Assembly (NCBI GenBank): GCA_010015585.1
Contig: ML975152.1
Length of the DNA: 64,000 nucleotides
Source: Eremomyces bilateralis CBS 781.70
Taxonomy: Eukaryota
Strand: one strand, 5' to 3'
The number at the start of each line of letters is the position of its first letter. Position 1 is the first letter of the stretch. The position numbers and the translations under genes were made by a program. Shown here piece after piece: positions 12,591 through 25,674 of this stretch. The notes under the pieces were generated by a model. That model worked only from the letters and a program-made list of their open reading frames with translations, did not search any database and was not told where the DNA came from.

Positions 12591-13015
12591 AATACAATCG
12601 AACAAACATGATCCCTAATATGTAAAACGGTCTCTCTTCTTTTCTATCCTATCTTACTTACATCCCTAATTCTGTCGTTTGCGTTTCGGGGATGCCTGTG
12701 GACGAGTTCGACGATGGCCCACTGATAGCCTCAACGGTAAACCTTACCCATTCCATTGGAAGCGTGATCCTAACCTTCGAAGCACTTTTACCTAGGGTCG
12801 CATCGGATTTCCGCATCATCTTCCGAGCGTCTCGATGATCGTCGAACTGCCTTTCGCTTAGCATTTAAATGCTCTGCTTGCCGTACGATCCTGTACGGTC
12901 TCCTGCCATGTCTTCCGCAGACAATTCGGATGTGGCTTATTGAGCATTGGCCTCAGTGGTGGTGCCTTCCTGGGATTGTAATTATAGAGCAGAAAAAGAA
13001 TAATAGGAACATACT

Positions 13016-13400
13016 TTTCGAAAACGAGTTGCTTGCATACGAGCGGCTATGGACTTGCAAGGACATCTGGTACTACGTTTATATGGCGTAGGACTTTATG
13101 GCGGAAAACCTGCCGTGGTCCTTTCGGAGGTCCACGGCCGAACATTTTATGAATGCATAATAGATGACTGCTTTAGAGATGGGGGGTTAAGGGCGAAAAT
13201 AACTGATGTAGTCCGCTCTATCTACGAGTCGAGGGTGAGCCATGTAGACCTGAAATCGGATAATTTTTTTTAGATCCGCAGGTTGTTGTGGTGGGTTTTG
13301 ATTAGGTCGAGTTTACTGATGAGCATGATTGGGAGAACTTCCCGAATAAGGGTGATGTCAATGACATTATGGAGGAGTACGAGTGGAGCATCTTCCTACA
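13016..13400 (+). pseudogene. Second degenerate kinase-like remnant
   Basis: FENELLAYERL (frameshift) DLQGHLVLRLYG...SHVDLKSDNFF, stop, then VVVVGFD* in another frame. Confidence 0.6.
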
Positions 13401-15436
13401 GGAAGACCGGACAGACTTTTTGAACTCAGCCTCTCCATTCAATTACTGCATGAAGTCGCCATATGCCAACGAAAACAGGGATGAATTCGAAAGAGAAATG
13501 CTCAAAGGAAAAGACCAAGCATCGTACAGATGATGATGGGAAGAGACTGCTAAATTGGCGATGTACGATAGCAAGCAACGTAGTGATCGATTGACCTACC
13601 ATAAGTACCAGCTCAAAACATACCATAACTTGAGGAACGCGAAGTCCGGAGGCTCCTTACTATCCATCGTATCTCTGAAATAGCAAGAGGATCCTAATTA
13701 GGCCACGATCAGCTTTATCAGACTCGATCAGTCCGATTCTATTGATACGTTCTTATTCCTTAATCGATTTCCCAAACCGGAGTCCCATCGTCAGGCTATA
13801 AGAAAAAATTCACCTAAGACATCCCCATCATGATGCGTCCGAAAAGGTGACAAGTTCGTCCGCTTCGACTCGTTACAAACATAATCTAATAATGGAATAA
13901 AGGACTGTAGGCCTTCGTGAACGCGTGAGACATATTAATCAGGGAAATTACCCCCCATTCCCCTTTCTTCAACTAGGTATAAGATAATATCTGTTTCTTT
14001 TGCTTCGGCACAAACTTTTTGGTTGCAGATGATTTAGATCCGGCAACTCTCGAGGCTTGTGTACTTCCCATTTTCTGTGAACTGATAATCGCGAAGTTGG
14101 GCACCGGAAAGTACAACTAAGCACTATTGTTGCACTTCCCGCAACAAATTCTAGAGAAATTAGATCAGATGCCATGGATTCATCCGGCCTGGAAGCTGTG
14201 ACGTCTGCACAACAGAAGTCTCCGTATTTTCCAGTCAGATTGGCTAATCGTTCGTAGCAGCAGAGTCCGGTCTCGGAGAGAAGAATACACCACATGGATT
14301 GAAGACGTTGACTGAGCGTGCAAATTACGAGAAACGAGTCATGCGAACGATTTGGAAATTGTCCGCCCACGCGGTCGACAGTAGATGCCGCTCGATCCTG
14401 CAAGTCCAACGGGCCGAGACGGGACCATGCCTCCATGCCTCCATCGACGTAAGAGGATCGAATATCCCTGATACCTTGGGATGTTGGGAACCCAGAAGTT
14501 CAATGGGTTTTCAAGTTTTATCTTATCGATCGATCTATCCAGTGTCTCAAAGTAGCGGAATAATTCCAGTCCGGACTAGGCTAGTGATACTGGTGCGAGT
14601 GTGCGACGGATAACTCCAGGACCCAGGCGGATCAGTCCATGGAACCTGGAATCCAGAACTTACCAGATTGGTTTTGGAAAATCTTTGCTCTGCCGTAAGT
14701 TAGGCCCGATGGAAGGGGTTAATACTCAATAGCCCATACAATTGGATTTTTTCTCTTGCCTCCTTGTCAGTGGAGCTCATTTTGTCTTCCCGAAATCCCA
14801 AAATCATCGCCAAGCAGCGGTCCGCAGGGCAGCCTCACCCGTGTCTAGTCAGACTGGTTGCTGAAGAGCACATGCGTATTGCATTCATAGAGACTAATCC
14901 TGGAAGAGAGCGTGGAATCTAGGAACTTTTCGGATCAGGTGCGTTACCTAATAATCCCGCGTCTGCCTGCATCATCGCTGGGCGGATCACATTCGAGGAA
15001 AATGCGACGCGGGATAACTAGCGGGATGTTGCCTTTTTACGGGCCTTGCTCCTTGGAATCGCAGGGTTGAGAATTCCAGGATCATTTACCCATGATTGAG
15101 GCGAGCAAAACCTGCTCAGTCTCTCCATAGACCACCGTCCATCGTCCATTCGAGAATCGAGATGGCGAACTCTATCGACAAAATCACCAGATGTCCTTCA
15201 ATTGCAGGCAGAAAACTAGAAATTGGACTAGAAAGGCCGGGATGGATGCGACAGAATTTTTTCTAGAGCTCCGGCTTGTTGAATATTGAAGCAGCGGTAG
15301 CCTCTGAGAAATGAAGGGTGTTCAGATGTTCCTTAGAACAGAAAAGTGTGATGTTGCTCTCGACGCTAAAAGAATAGTCAAGCCTCATCACCCACCGGCT
15401 CACGATTTGACGAACCAAATCGTCGTGTCCCACGCC

Positions 15437-15484
15437 ATCTGATAATCAACTACTGTGATGATCAGATAAAATTTTATCTGATCA
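15437..15484. promoter_or_regulatory. Cluster of three SreA-type GATA iron-response elements (ATCWGATAA)
   Basis: ATCTGATAA 15437-15445, ATCAGATAA 15461-15469 and its reverse complement 15474-15482; about 650 bp upstream of a siderophore transporter. Confidence 0.8.
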
Positions 15485-16114
15485 AGCAGGGATTCCTTGC
15501 AAAATAAGCCGACTAAGCTCCCTTGGCTCCAATTAAAACCTCCCGGACGTTTAACGCCTTTTCTGGACTTTCCCACTGCTGCAGCAACCATGACATGTCC
15601 ATTTGTCCCAACACCATCGCTTGGATCCTTTCCGCTCTTGCACCAGTCCTCCTTGCAGTCTGCTTCAGCTATCCTGCCGACGCATCCCGCCGACGCATAA
15701 AGAGGGTAAATCAAGATGATCCGATCATTCGCTCATGCGAATGATGCTTACCCAGTGCCTACATGCGGGTTCCCGGAGTCCATACCCCTCGTGGCTAGAG
15801 GGCCTAGGGTTGGGCGCGATTGGCTAGGAGCCATACACTGCTCATTCTTTCCGAAGAATATGGGCCGACTGTCGGAGGGCTCCACAAGGCTAAAGTAGGA
15901 TTTACTTCCATGCGGCGTCAAGGTCATGTAACCGAAGGTGCCCTGAGGCCGGAGCACGACATATATCCAGGTAGGCTTGCCCCGAGGGGTTCGTAGTTCG
16001 TACAGATCTTTCAAGTTTTAAGCGATCTTCTCGGGGTCGTCAACTTTTATCTCTCTTGTTTCGCAAGAGGTGGAACTTGGATAGTCATTAGATATATCCC
16101 AATTCCGACCCAAG

Positions 16115-18289
16115 ATGAGCGCCCTCTTCGCCAAATTTAAAGGCGATTCTAAAGACGATTCCGCGCATGTCGCGGAATCGTCGGCCTTCGAGAAAGACGC
16201 CGAGACGACCGTTGTGCCTCAAGATCATGAATCTCACGAGCATGCGTCTCACGGCCATGTGTCGGACAGTGATGAAGACAGCATTGACAAGAAGGCTCAG
16301 ACCGGTGTTCAAGATATGGAAGCCACCACGAAGATCTGGACCTTCTCGAATCTCGTCATAGCATACGTGATGTACGAGCGATTCCAACACCATTTGGCCA
16401 TTGGGTACTGATGATTCCCAGGATCTGGTTGATTTACTTCATCGATTCCATGCAGTCGGGCGCAACCAACTCTTTGACCCGTGAGTTTTGTTGGACATAA
16501 CCGATTATGCCAATGTACTGACCTTGCGAAGCCTATGTTACCAGTTCCTTCTCGCAGCATTCCTTGACGGCTACGACGTCTATCCTGTCCAGTATCATTG
16601 GTGGTCTGACCAAGCTTCCATTGGCGAAGATCGTCGATGTCTGGGGCCGCCCGCAAGGTTTCCTCCTCATGATCTTTATCTTGACGGTCGGTATCGTCAT
16701 GATGGCCGGATGCAACAACGTCAAAACCTACGCTGCGGCGCAGGTGTTCTACTGGGTCGGGTAAGCCACTGGAGATCGCACTATTCTGCCGAAGCTTCGA
16801 AGTAGCTGACCGAGCCCAGATTCAACGGCGTGGGATATTGTCTCTCCATTTTCATTGCCGATACATCGTCCCTCAAGAACCGATCCCTCATGCTCGCCTT
16901 TGCCAGCAGCCCCTACATCGCGACGACGTGGATTGGCGGTCCGATGGCCAATGCGATTCTCAAAGGCCCTGGATGGCGCTGGGGCTTTGGAATCTTCTCT
17001 ATCGTGACGCCAGCTGTGACGCTTCCGTTATATGCGCTGTTCACCTATAACCACATGAAGGCTAAGAAGGCCGGATTGGCACCTAAGCGGAATAGCGGAC
17101 GAACACTTGCTCAATCTTTGAAGCACTATGCCATCGAGTTTGATCTCGCTGGTCTGATGCTCCTAATCACGGGCTTTTCACTCTTCCTTCTCTCCTTTGC
17201 GCTCTATAGCTACCAGAAAGATCAGTGGAAGAGCCCTTTGATTATTTGCTTCATCATCTTTGGCGTACTCCTCCTCATCGGCTTTGGTCTGTACGAAAAG
17301 TACCTGGCCCCTAAGACATTCATTCCATTCGAGATTTTGGTCGACCGTTCGGTGTTGGGAGCGTCGATTCTCTCCGGCGTCCTGTTTGTCAGCTTCTATA
17401 TCTGGGACAGCTACTTCATCTCCTTCCTTCAAGTGGTCAACGGTCTCTCTGTGACGGAGGCGTCTTATGTCGCCAATATTTATAGCATTGGGTCCTGCTT
17501 CTGGTCGATCGTCGTCGGCGGTCTTATCCGCTGGAGTGGGCGCTACAAATGGCTCGGTCTCTACTTCGGACTGCCACTGAACGTGCTCGGCATTGTATGT
17601 CTCCCTTCTTGAACATGGCTGGCCGCACTTTCTAACCCTCCACAGGCTCTGATGATCCCCTTCAGATCGGCAGACAGCAAAATCGGATTGATCGTGATGT
17701 GCCAGATTTTCATTGCCTTCGCTGGAGGCACGTTGGTGATCGTCGAGCAGATGGCAGCAATGGTAAGCGGATTCTGACCGCCTTCGAGAGACATAAAACT
17801 GATATGTGAAGGCTGCCGTGACCCATCAACACGTTGCCGTCGTGTTGGCCATCGAGGGCATGTTTGCGAATGTCGGTGGAGCCATCGGCCAAGCAATTGC
17901 AAGCGTACGTGGATTGATTTCCTCCTGAAATATATTGTACTGATGGATGTCATAGGCTGTATGGACTGGTGTTTTCCCGGTACGACTTGCAGAGTATCTG
18001 CCGGAGTCATCTAAAGCCGACGCGTTGACCATCTACGGCGACATCGAGACGCAGCTATCATATCCCATGGGCTCTCCGGAGAGAATCGCAATTCAGATGG
18101 CATATGCCGATGCACAGAGGTATATGCTCATCGGCGGCACGGCCATTTTGGCGCTCGGATTCCCCGCGATCATGGTTTGGCGCGATATCAAGGTCAAGGA
18201 TGTGAGTAAAACCCTGTTCAATCGACTTCCGTACAACATGACTGACAATGAACCAACAGTTCAAGCAAACCAAGGGTCTGGTTGTCTAA
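16115..18289 (+). CDS. mirB: Siderophore-iron MFS transporter (MirB/SIT family); multi-exon
   Basis: [69 protein letters not shown], ending FKQTKGLVV* after several canonical introns. Confidence 0.9.
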
Positions 18290-18714
18290 TGTTTGGAATC
18301 ATTCGGTGTGATATACCAGGAGAATGGATGGAGGAAAAGGTAGGTTGGTATTGGCGTCAAGCATCAGCAGGGGACGCTCTTCGGGTAGCCCAAACATTGT
18401 ACTGCATAATGATGATGACTTGTCAGTTCAGTAGCATCCAATCCAGAATCTATGGACTCGTCTTATCTTCTCCTTGTATTACCTCACCTTGACCTCACCT
18501 TGTCTGGTCGTCAATGTTAAGATGTTCCGCCCATGCAGCATAATTGAAATTGATAGACACAACCTTGACAACATATCTCTGATGAGCAAGAATGAAAAGC
18601 ACCTGGATATCTAGAATAGAACACGTCAAGGCCCAGTGATAGGTATATATAGTTGAGTTCTGGCAATCAATGCCATCACGATTGCAGTCCAACGGATGTG
18701 AAGGTCACAAGACC

Positions 18715-18756
18715 ACGCGTCATGATTGGTTGGCGCGCCACCCCACCGCGACGCGT
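18715..18756. promoter_or_regulatory. Two MCB (ACGCGT) elements upstream of NSE1
   Basis: ACGCGT at 18715-18720 and 18751-18756, about 140-180 bp before the ATG of an Smc5/6 subunit gene. Confidence 0.6.
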
Positions 18757-18892
18757 CTTTATCAGATTCAGTGCGACAGCCGAGAAGATGCCCTCCACCA
18801 CACATGTATCAATGGTACCGACATTGATGCTCAATTCCTGTGTCCATATCTAGAAATTATAGCCTCTCACTTGATTAGAGGTCATGGTCACA

Positions 18893-20069
18893 ATGTCGGA
18901 CGACTACGGCGATGTTGACCGCGGCTACGACAACTCTCACAAAGCTTTTCTGCAGGCCTTCCTCGCCCGAAGCGTGATGACGCTGGATGAAGCGAAACCC
19001 ATCCTCGCCAAGATATTGTCTGCTCACGGTATTATAATGGTCTATATACCCTGATGCTCTTCCCTAACTCGCTTCGCAGACGACCGGGAGACCCTCCCCG
19101 ACGACATCACCGCCACCGACATCCAATCCTACATCGCAACAGTAAATGCTGCCATCTCCCCCCTCGACTACGAAATCCGCCACACCCACCGCCAAACCGC
19201 CTCCCCTACCACCAACCACCCCACCTCCACCCAGCAACCCTCCCCACGAACCCTCATCTACGCCCTCGTCAACACCGTCTCCGACCTCTCTACCCAACTC
19301 GCCACCACCCACTCTCCCGACGACATCGCCTTCGTCAAGCGTGTCCTCGACGACATGTTCGAGAAAAACAACACCCCGAAACGCGAGACCATGGCCGTCA
19401 AGGGTATCGATGCGCTGCGCAACCGGCGGCCGCCGAACGCGCCGGAGACGCAGGCGCAGACGCCGCGGCGGAGCGAAGGGGGTGAAGGGGCGATGACACA
19501 GATGGCGAACGGGGTGGAGGCGGGGGGCGCGGGGGCAGAGACTCAGGGGAGCGGGGGAACGGCGTTGACGGTGGATCGGGCGGAGAAGGTGTTGCAGGGG
19601 TTGGTGGAGGAGGGGTGGTTTGAGAAGAGTCGAGCGGGGTTTCTGAGCTTGAGTCCGAGGGCGTTGATGGAGTTAAGGGGGTGGTTGTATGATACGTATA
19701 ATGAGGCGGTAGAGGGTGAAGAGGAGGGGGAGAGGTGGGTGAGGATTAAGGATTGTGAGGGGTGTAAGGATATCGTGACGATTGTAAGTGGTGGTGGCTC
19801 TGATAGATAGGGGTTTACTCGCTAACGGATGGTAGGGCCAGCGGTGCGCGAATCCCGATTGTCTGGTTCGGTTTCATAACTTCTGCGCGCAAGGGTTCTT
19901 TCGGAACGGGGCGGCGAAGAACTGTCCGCGGTGTCAGACCGAGTGGACGGGGCAGGACTTCGTGGGACAGGAGGCGGCGAAGGGGATGGCGGCTCAGAGA
20001 AGGCAGAGAGGACAGCGAGTGGGACGGGGTCAGGCGAGTGCCGAGGCAGTTGAGAGTGAGACCGAATGA
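18893..20069 (+). CDS. NSE1: Smc5/6 complex non-SMC subunit Nse1; 3 exons
   Basis: YDNSHKAFLQAF, GWFEKSRAGFLSLSPRALMELRGWL, RING-like CEGC...GQRC...C...H..C...CPRC. Confidence 0.9.
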
Positions 20070-20460
20070 AGTGGGCTATATGGATGACATGAAGATTATG
20101 ACTTGCGGCTTAGGCATGGTCAGGACGAGCATGCTTTACAGCACCTCAATCCCTGAGCGACGAAAGGCTCGATGGCCTACATAAGAAGGGAAAGTAGGCT
20201 GGAGGTGACCTGGCTCATGCGATTATATATACGTTACCGAGAGATTTCGAAATCAGAATCACTCATTCGAGGGTCGGGTCACAAATTGAAGGTAGCGGCA
20301 GATAATTGGCGGTGAAGAATTGAAGCGGTCATGATATTTTTCGTGCAAAAACACGTTAACTCGCCTTCCGAGCCGTAGCTAGTTATAATGAACCGTGACA
20401 CCGAACCATAATAAGAGCTTTTCCACGCTGAACCTCCCCACCTCGTCCCGTGTCGAGCAT

Positions 20461-21309
20461 CTATTTCTTCTTCGCGCTCTCCTCGTCCGCCTTGGCCTTC
20501 GCACGCTTCTCCCGCACGCCGACATAGCGCGCCTCCGATCGGGCCAGACGCAGCTTCCTGTACGCGTTCTCCTCGGTCGGGTAGTCCGACAGCTTGCCCT
20601 CGGTGATGGCGGCGGCGTGGACGATGGGGATGACGGCGGAGGTGGCGCTGGCAACGCCCTCGCCGTTCTTGGCGGCCTTGACCTCCTCGGCGGAGGCGTC
20701 GCCCTTGGTCTGCTTCCCGTTGCGGCGGGGGAAGAGGATGAGGCGCTGCTGGTATTCCTTGAGACGCGCGACGTTGGCCTTGAGGGACTCCTCGGAGAGG
20801 TTCTGGCGGCGGGGGTCGACAGAGATACCGATGGTGGGTGCCAGCTTGCGGGGAATGCCAGCCTCCTACGAACGATTAGTGCTCTGTTCAACGAGAATTC
20901 AGTAGGGCATCTCATACCTTCAACTCAGCGAGAGAGAAGCCACGGCCAGCGCGCACACGGCGGTTGTACTTGATGGTCGGGCATCGCACAACGGGTCGCA
21001 GCTTATCGAGCGGTCGCGGGGCGATCTTGGCGGCCTTCTCGACACGCGCCTGACGCCTGCGGGTTTTCCGTCCCGGCTATCATCGACAGTTAGAGGCATG
21101 ATTTTTCGAAGGATGGTGTCCGCTTTGATGATCGCAGGCGCCACTGCTCTCACGGGACTGAGAGGGGAATTACCTGATCAAAGTGCGTGCGCACACGGCG
21201 CTGCCAATCCTTGCGGAAATCTTTGCGATCGGTTAGTTGATGGGCTTCATAAGCAGGAGGAGCAAGGCTTACGGTTGTTGGGGACGGCGTTGTTATGCTT
21301 GATCGCCAT
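20461..21309 (-). CDS. RPL13: 60S ribosomal protein L13 (eL13); 4 exons
   Basis: [32 protein letters not shown]...[23 protein letters not shown] across introns 21221-21272, 21077-21173 and about 20866-20918. Confidence 0.96.
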
Positions 21310-21751
21310 TTTGAACGAGACAGCCTAACAAAATCGATGGGTGTGAAGTGTGCAAGTCGGAGGAGGTGGAATCTCGAATGGAAATTTGGTGTTGGTGAAA
21401 GCTTTGGCGAGCCTCGCTTGTGGAGAACTGAGCTAAGCTTAAACGGGTCTAGTGGGATTGTTCACGTGACAACTACCACTTCAATCCTTCCTTTGCAGTA
21501 AAGAATCGGAAGTACTCTTGCTGTTACCGCTGACAGACAATATCAAAAGGTCTAGAGGCTGGAACATCTCGGCTATTCAATTGATTTCGTCCATAACTCA
21601 TGCCATACGTGGAGTCGTGGCCTTGTACCTGTAAAGTCTCAAGCCTTCATCGGCCAATTTGTGGCTAACACACCCCGGTCAAAAATTTAACCGCGGAATC
21701 GGAATCAACATTTCATCACTCCGATTGATAATTGATCGGAGATTCGAGATC

Positions 21752-21758
21752 TGAGTCA
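21752..21758. promoter_or_regulatory. Gcn4/CpcA site upstream of LYS2
   Basis: TGAGTCA about 80 bp before the ATG of an amino-acid biosynthetic gene. Confidence 0.6.
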
Positions 21759-21834
21759 TTATTGATGCCATAAAGTCTTCCGTCCCGCCCTATCCAATGT
21801 CATTATAACCGATTCTTTTTATTTTGCTTCAAGT

Positions 21835-24800
21835 ATGTCTTCAACTACGAATGGAAGCGTGCTTCCGGATCCCACGGCGGATCTGAAGTGGTCTGATTTC
21901 AGAGGTGCTATTCAAGACATCTTCGCCGAAAATGCTGCCAAGTTCCCGGAGAGACTATGCGTGGTGGAGACGGCATCGAACACCTCGACGAGAAGAGAGT
22001 TCACGTATCAGCAGATTTTCCAAGCTTCCTGCCAATTAGCCCATAAGCTCGTGTCAGATGGCATTGAACGAGGGGATGTGGTTATGATCTTTGCGTACCG
22101 AGGCGTCGACCTCGTTGTTTGCATCATGGGAACCCTCATGGCAGGTGCAACATTCTCGGTCCTGGACCCTCTATATCCTCCTGATCGGCAACAGATCTAC
22201 CTTGAAGTATCCCGACCAAGAGCTCTGGTTACTATTGAACGGACCATAGACGAAGCTGGGCAGTTGTCGGATCTGGTCCGTACCTATGTGGACAACGAGC
22301 TCGAGCTCAAAACCGAGGTGCCTGCACTGAGGCTTCTAGATGACGGCACTTTGCTCGGTGGTAAAGTGAACGGGGCAGATTGCCTGGAACAATATACTTC
22401 AAGAAAGGCAGAGTACCCGGGGGTCGTTGTCGGTCCCGATTCGATCCCTACACTGAGCTTCACCTCAGGATCAGAAGGGAAGCCAAAGGGGGTCCAAGGC
22501 CGACATTTCTCTCTTGCTTACTACTTCGACTGGATGTCGGAGCAGTTCAATCTGACCGAGAATGATCGATTCACGATGCTCTCAGGTCCGTCCATCCCCT
22601 TCGCATGCACTTACTATTGACTGATATTTGTAGGCATCGCACATGATCCGATTCAGCGTGACATTTTCACCCCCCTGTTTCTCGGTGCTCGTATCGTGGT
22701 CCCAGCGAAAGAGGACATCGAATACGAGAAGCTGGCGGCATGGATGAATCGCGAGGAAACCACCGTGACTCATTTGACGCCAGCTATGGGACAGATCCTC
22801 ATCGGAGGGTCTAATGCTCAGCAATTCCCGTCACTGCATCATGCCTTCTTCGTAGGCGATATCCTGATCAAGCGAGACTGTAGAAGGTTGCAAGAGCTGG
22901 CTCCTAATGTCCACATTGTCAACCTTTTCGGCACGACGGAGACACAACGGGCGGTGAGCTTCTTTGAAATCCCAAGCCGAAACGCAGATCCGAAATATCT
23001 CGACACACTCGGTGACGTCATCCCTGTTGGGCAAGGCATGAAAGATGTCCAACTGCTCATTGTCGATCGAGAGAACAAAGACCGCCTCTGCGATGTTGGT
23101 GAGACGGGGGAGATCTATGTCCGCGCTGGCGGATTAGCCGAAGGGTATCTCGGACTCGAAGATCTGACCAAGCAAAAGTTCGTTGACAATTGGTTTGTGG
23201 ATCCGAAGAAGTGGGTTGTCGAAGATGAAGAACGAGTCAAAGCATTGAGTCAGCCGGAACCCTGGAGACAATTCTACAAGGGGCCACGAGATCGAATGTA
23301 TAAATCAGGAGATCTGGGAAGGCGACGAGCTGATGGCAACGTGGAATGCACGGGGCGAGCGGACAATCAAATTAAGATCCGAGGGTTCCGAATTGAGCTG
23401 GGTGAAATTGATGCTCACGTCACATCTCATCCGCTTGTGCGCGAAAATGTCACCCTCCTACGAAGGGATCCGAACGAAGAGCCGCAACTCGTCAGCTACA
23501 TTGTCCCCGACATGAAACGATGGGAGGCCTGGGCGAAGGAGCAAGACAAAGGCCGCAGCCTGGAAGTTCAGGCGAGCGAAGATAGCATGGTCGACCGGCT
23601 CCGGCGCTTCCGACAACTGCGAGACGATGTTCGAGATCATTTGAAGACCAAGCTCCCCGTATACGCCGTCCCGACAGTCATCGTCCCTCTCTACCGCATG
23701 CCGCTGAATCCGAACGGAAAGATCGACAGGCCCGCCCTCCCGTTCCCCGAGCCCCACGAACTAGCCCATTCCATGCCGAGGAGGACATCCCACACCACGG
23801 CCGCCATGTCGACGACGGAAAGGACTCTTGCGAAGATCTGGAGCCAGGCGCTGCGCACGCCTGTGAACGTCATCGGACCGGAGAGTGACTTCGCCGACTT
23901 GGGTGGACACAGCAACCTGGGGCAGCAAATGCTCTGGCGGGTCCGAAAGGAATGGTCGGTCGACCTTCGTTTACCCGCTATATTCCAGTTCCCTACCCTT
24001 CGTGGTCTCGCCGGGGAAATCGACCGAGCTTTGGATCCAGTTGGTCTGCGACTAGATACGGCGGAGAGTCCTAGCGGACCGGGCTCGCAAGATATCGACT
24101 ACGCTGCGGATGCGGAGGAGTTGAAGTCCGGCTTGCCTAAGAAGTTCGAGACCGCGCAATTGGATCTCACGAAGCCGCAGACAGTCCTCCTCACCGGTGC
24201 AACGGGATTCCTCGGCGCGTTCCTCCTGGGCGATCTCCTGCAACGGAAGAATATCGAGAAGGTCATCTGCCACGTCCGAGCCAAGAGCGAACACATCGGA
24301 CAGTCCCGAGTGATCGAGAACTGCCGAGTCTACGGACTCTGGCAAGAAGATTGGTCCTCCCGAATCGAATGCGTCACCGGCGACCTCGCCGCTCCCAACC
24401 TCGGCATCTCTCCCGACAAATGGACCCAACTCGCCGACCAAGTCGATATCATCATCCACAACGGCGCCCGCGTCCACTGGGTCATCGGCTACTCCAACCT
24501 CAAGCCCCCCAACGTCCTCAGCACCGTCTCCCTCCTCCAGCTCTGCGCCACCGCCAAACCCAAGCACCTAGGCTTTGTCAGCTCCACCAGCGTCCTCGAC
24601 ACCGACTACTACATCGGCCTCTCCGACGGCATCCTCTCCGCGGGCGGCCGCGGCGTCGCCGAGAAAGACGAGCTCCACGGCTCCAAGCGCCGCCTCACTA
24701 CCGGTTACGGCCAGAGCAAGTGGGCCAGCGAGTGCCTCATCCGCGAGGCCGGGCGGCGCGGGCTCGCCGGCTGCATCATCCGCCCAGGTTACGTCACCGG

Positions 24801-25437
24801 GCACCCGACGTCCGGGATGACCATCACCGACGACTTCTTGGTGCGCTTGCTGAAGGGGTGCGTGCAGGTGGCGTGTCGGCCGCATATCGAGAACACGATC
24901 AACCAAGTGCCGGTGACGCACGTCGCGCGGGTGGCGGTCGCCGCAACGATGAACCCGCCGGTTGCGCCGCTGGGCGTGGCGCAGGTCACGAGCCATCCGC
25001 GGTTGCGGTTCGACGAGTTCGTGGGCGCGTTGGAGACGTATGGATATGTGGTGCCGGAGGTGGCGTACGAGGAGTGGCGGACGGCGGTGCAGGGGTACGT
25101 GGAGGGGGCGGAGGCGGCGGAGGAGTTCGCGTTATTGCCGTTGTTGGATATGGTGACGTCGGATATGCCTGAGGGGACGAAGGCGCCGGAGTTGGACGAT
25201 ACGAATGCGGAACGGGCGCTGAGGGCGGATGAGAGGTGGACAGGGGAGGATTGGTCGAAGGGGGGGGCAGTGACGGTGGAGACTGTGGGGGTGTATCTCG
25301 CGTATTTGGTCGCGATCGGGTTCATGCCGGCGCCGAGTGAGAGTGGGAGGGCGTTGCCGAGAATCGCGTTGACGAAGGAGCAGAAGGAGGGGTTGGCGAG
25401 GGCGGGTGGGAGAGGTACGAAACCGCAACCACTCTAA
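21835..25437 (+). CDS. LYS2: L-2-aminoadipate reductase (A-T-R domains); 2 exons
   Basis: PDPTADLKWSDFRGAIQDIF, LSFTSGSEGKPKGV, intron 22586-22633, IAHDPIQRD, carrier motif LGGHS, reductase LTGATGFLG and GYGQSKW. Confidence 0.97.
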
Positions 25438-25674
25438 TACTGGTTCAAGACAAAAGTTCGTTCTTTTCTGGAGGCGAATGGTGGATTTATTAGACGTTAT
25501 TACAATATATACATCGCTAGTCATACAATTTGACCGCTCTTAGATGAAACCGAACTCCAAAGCAACAAAAACTTTTCATCACTTCGTAATGACTAGCCAA
25601 GTCAATGCTATCAGTCTAGTAGCACGTGGCTTTGCCCCTGGGTGCTTCTCACCGTCATCCCTGGTCCACCAACC

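Noticed and set aside
7839..18289. Siderophore or secondary-metabolite gene cluster (reductase + CoA ligase + transporter)
   Set aside because: No NRPS, PKS or ornithine monooxygenase in the window; the ligase looks 4CL-like and has no clear ATCWGATAA site; the genes are separated by pseudogenes
21835..25437. NRPS-like secondary metabolism gene
   Set aside because: The A-T-R architecture and N-terminal motifs match the primary-metabolism LYS2
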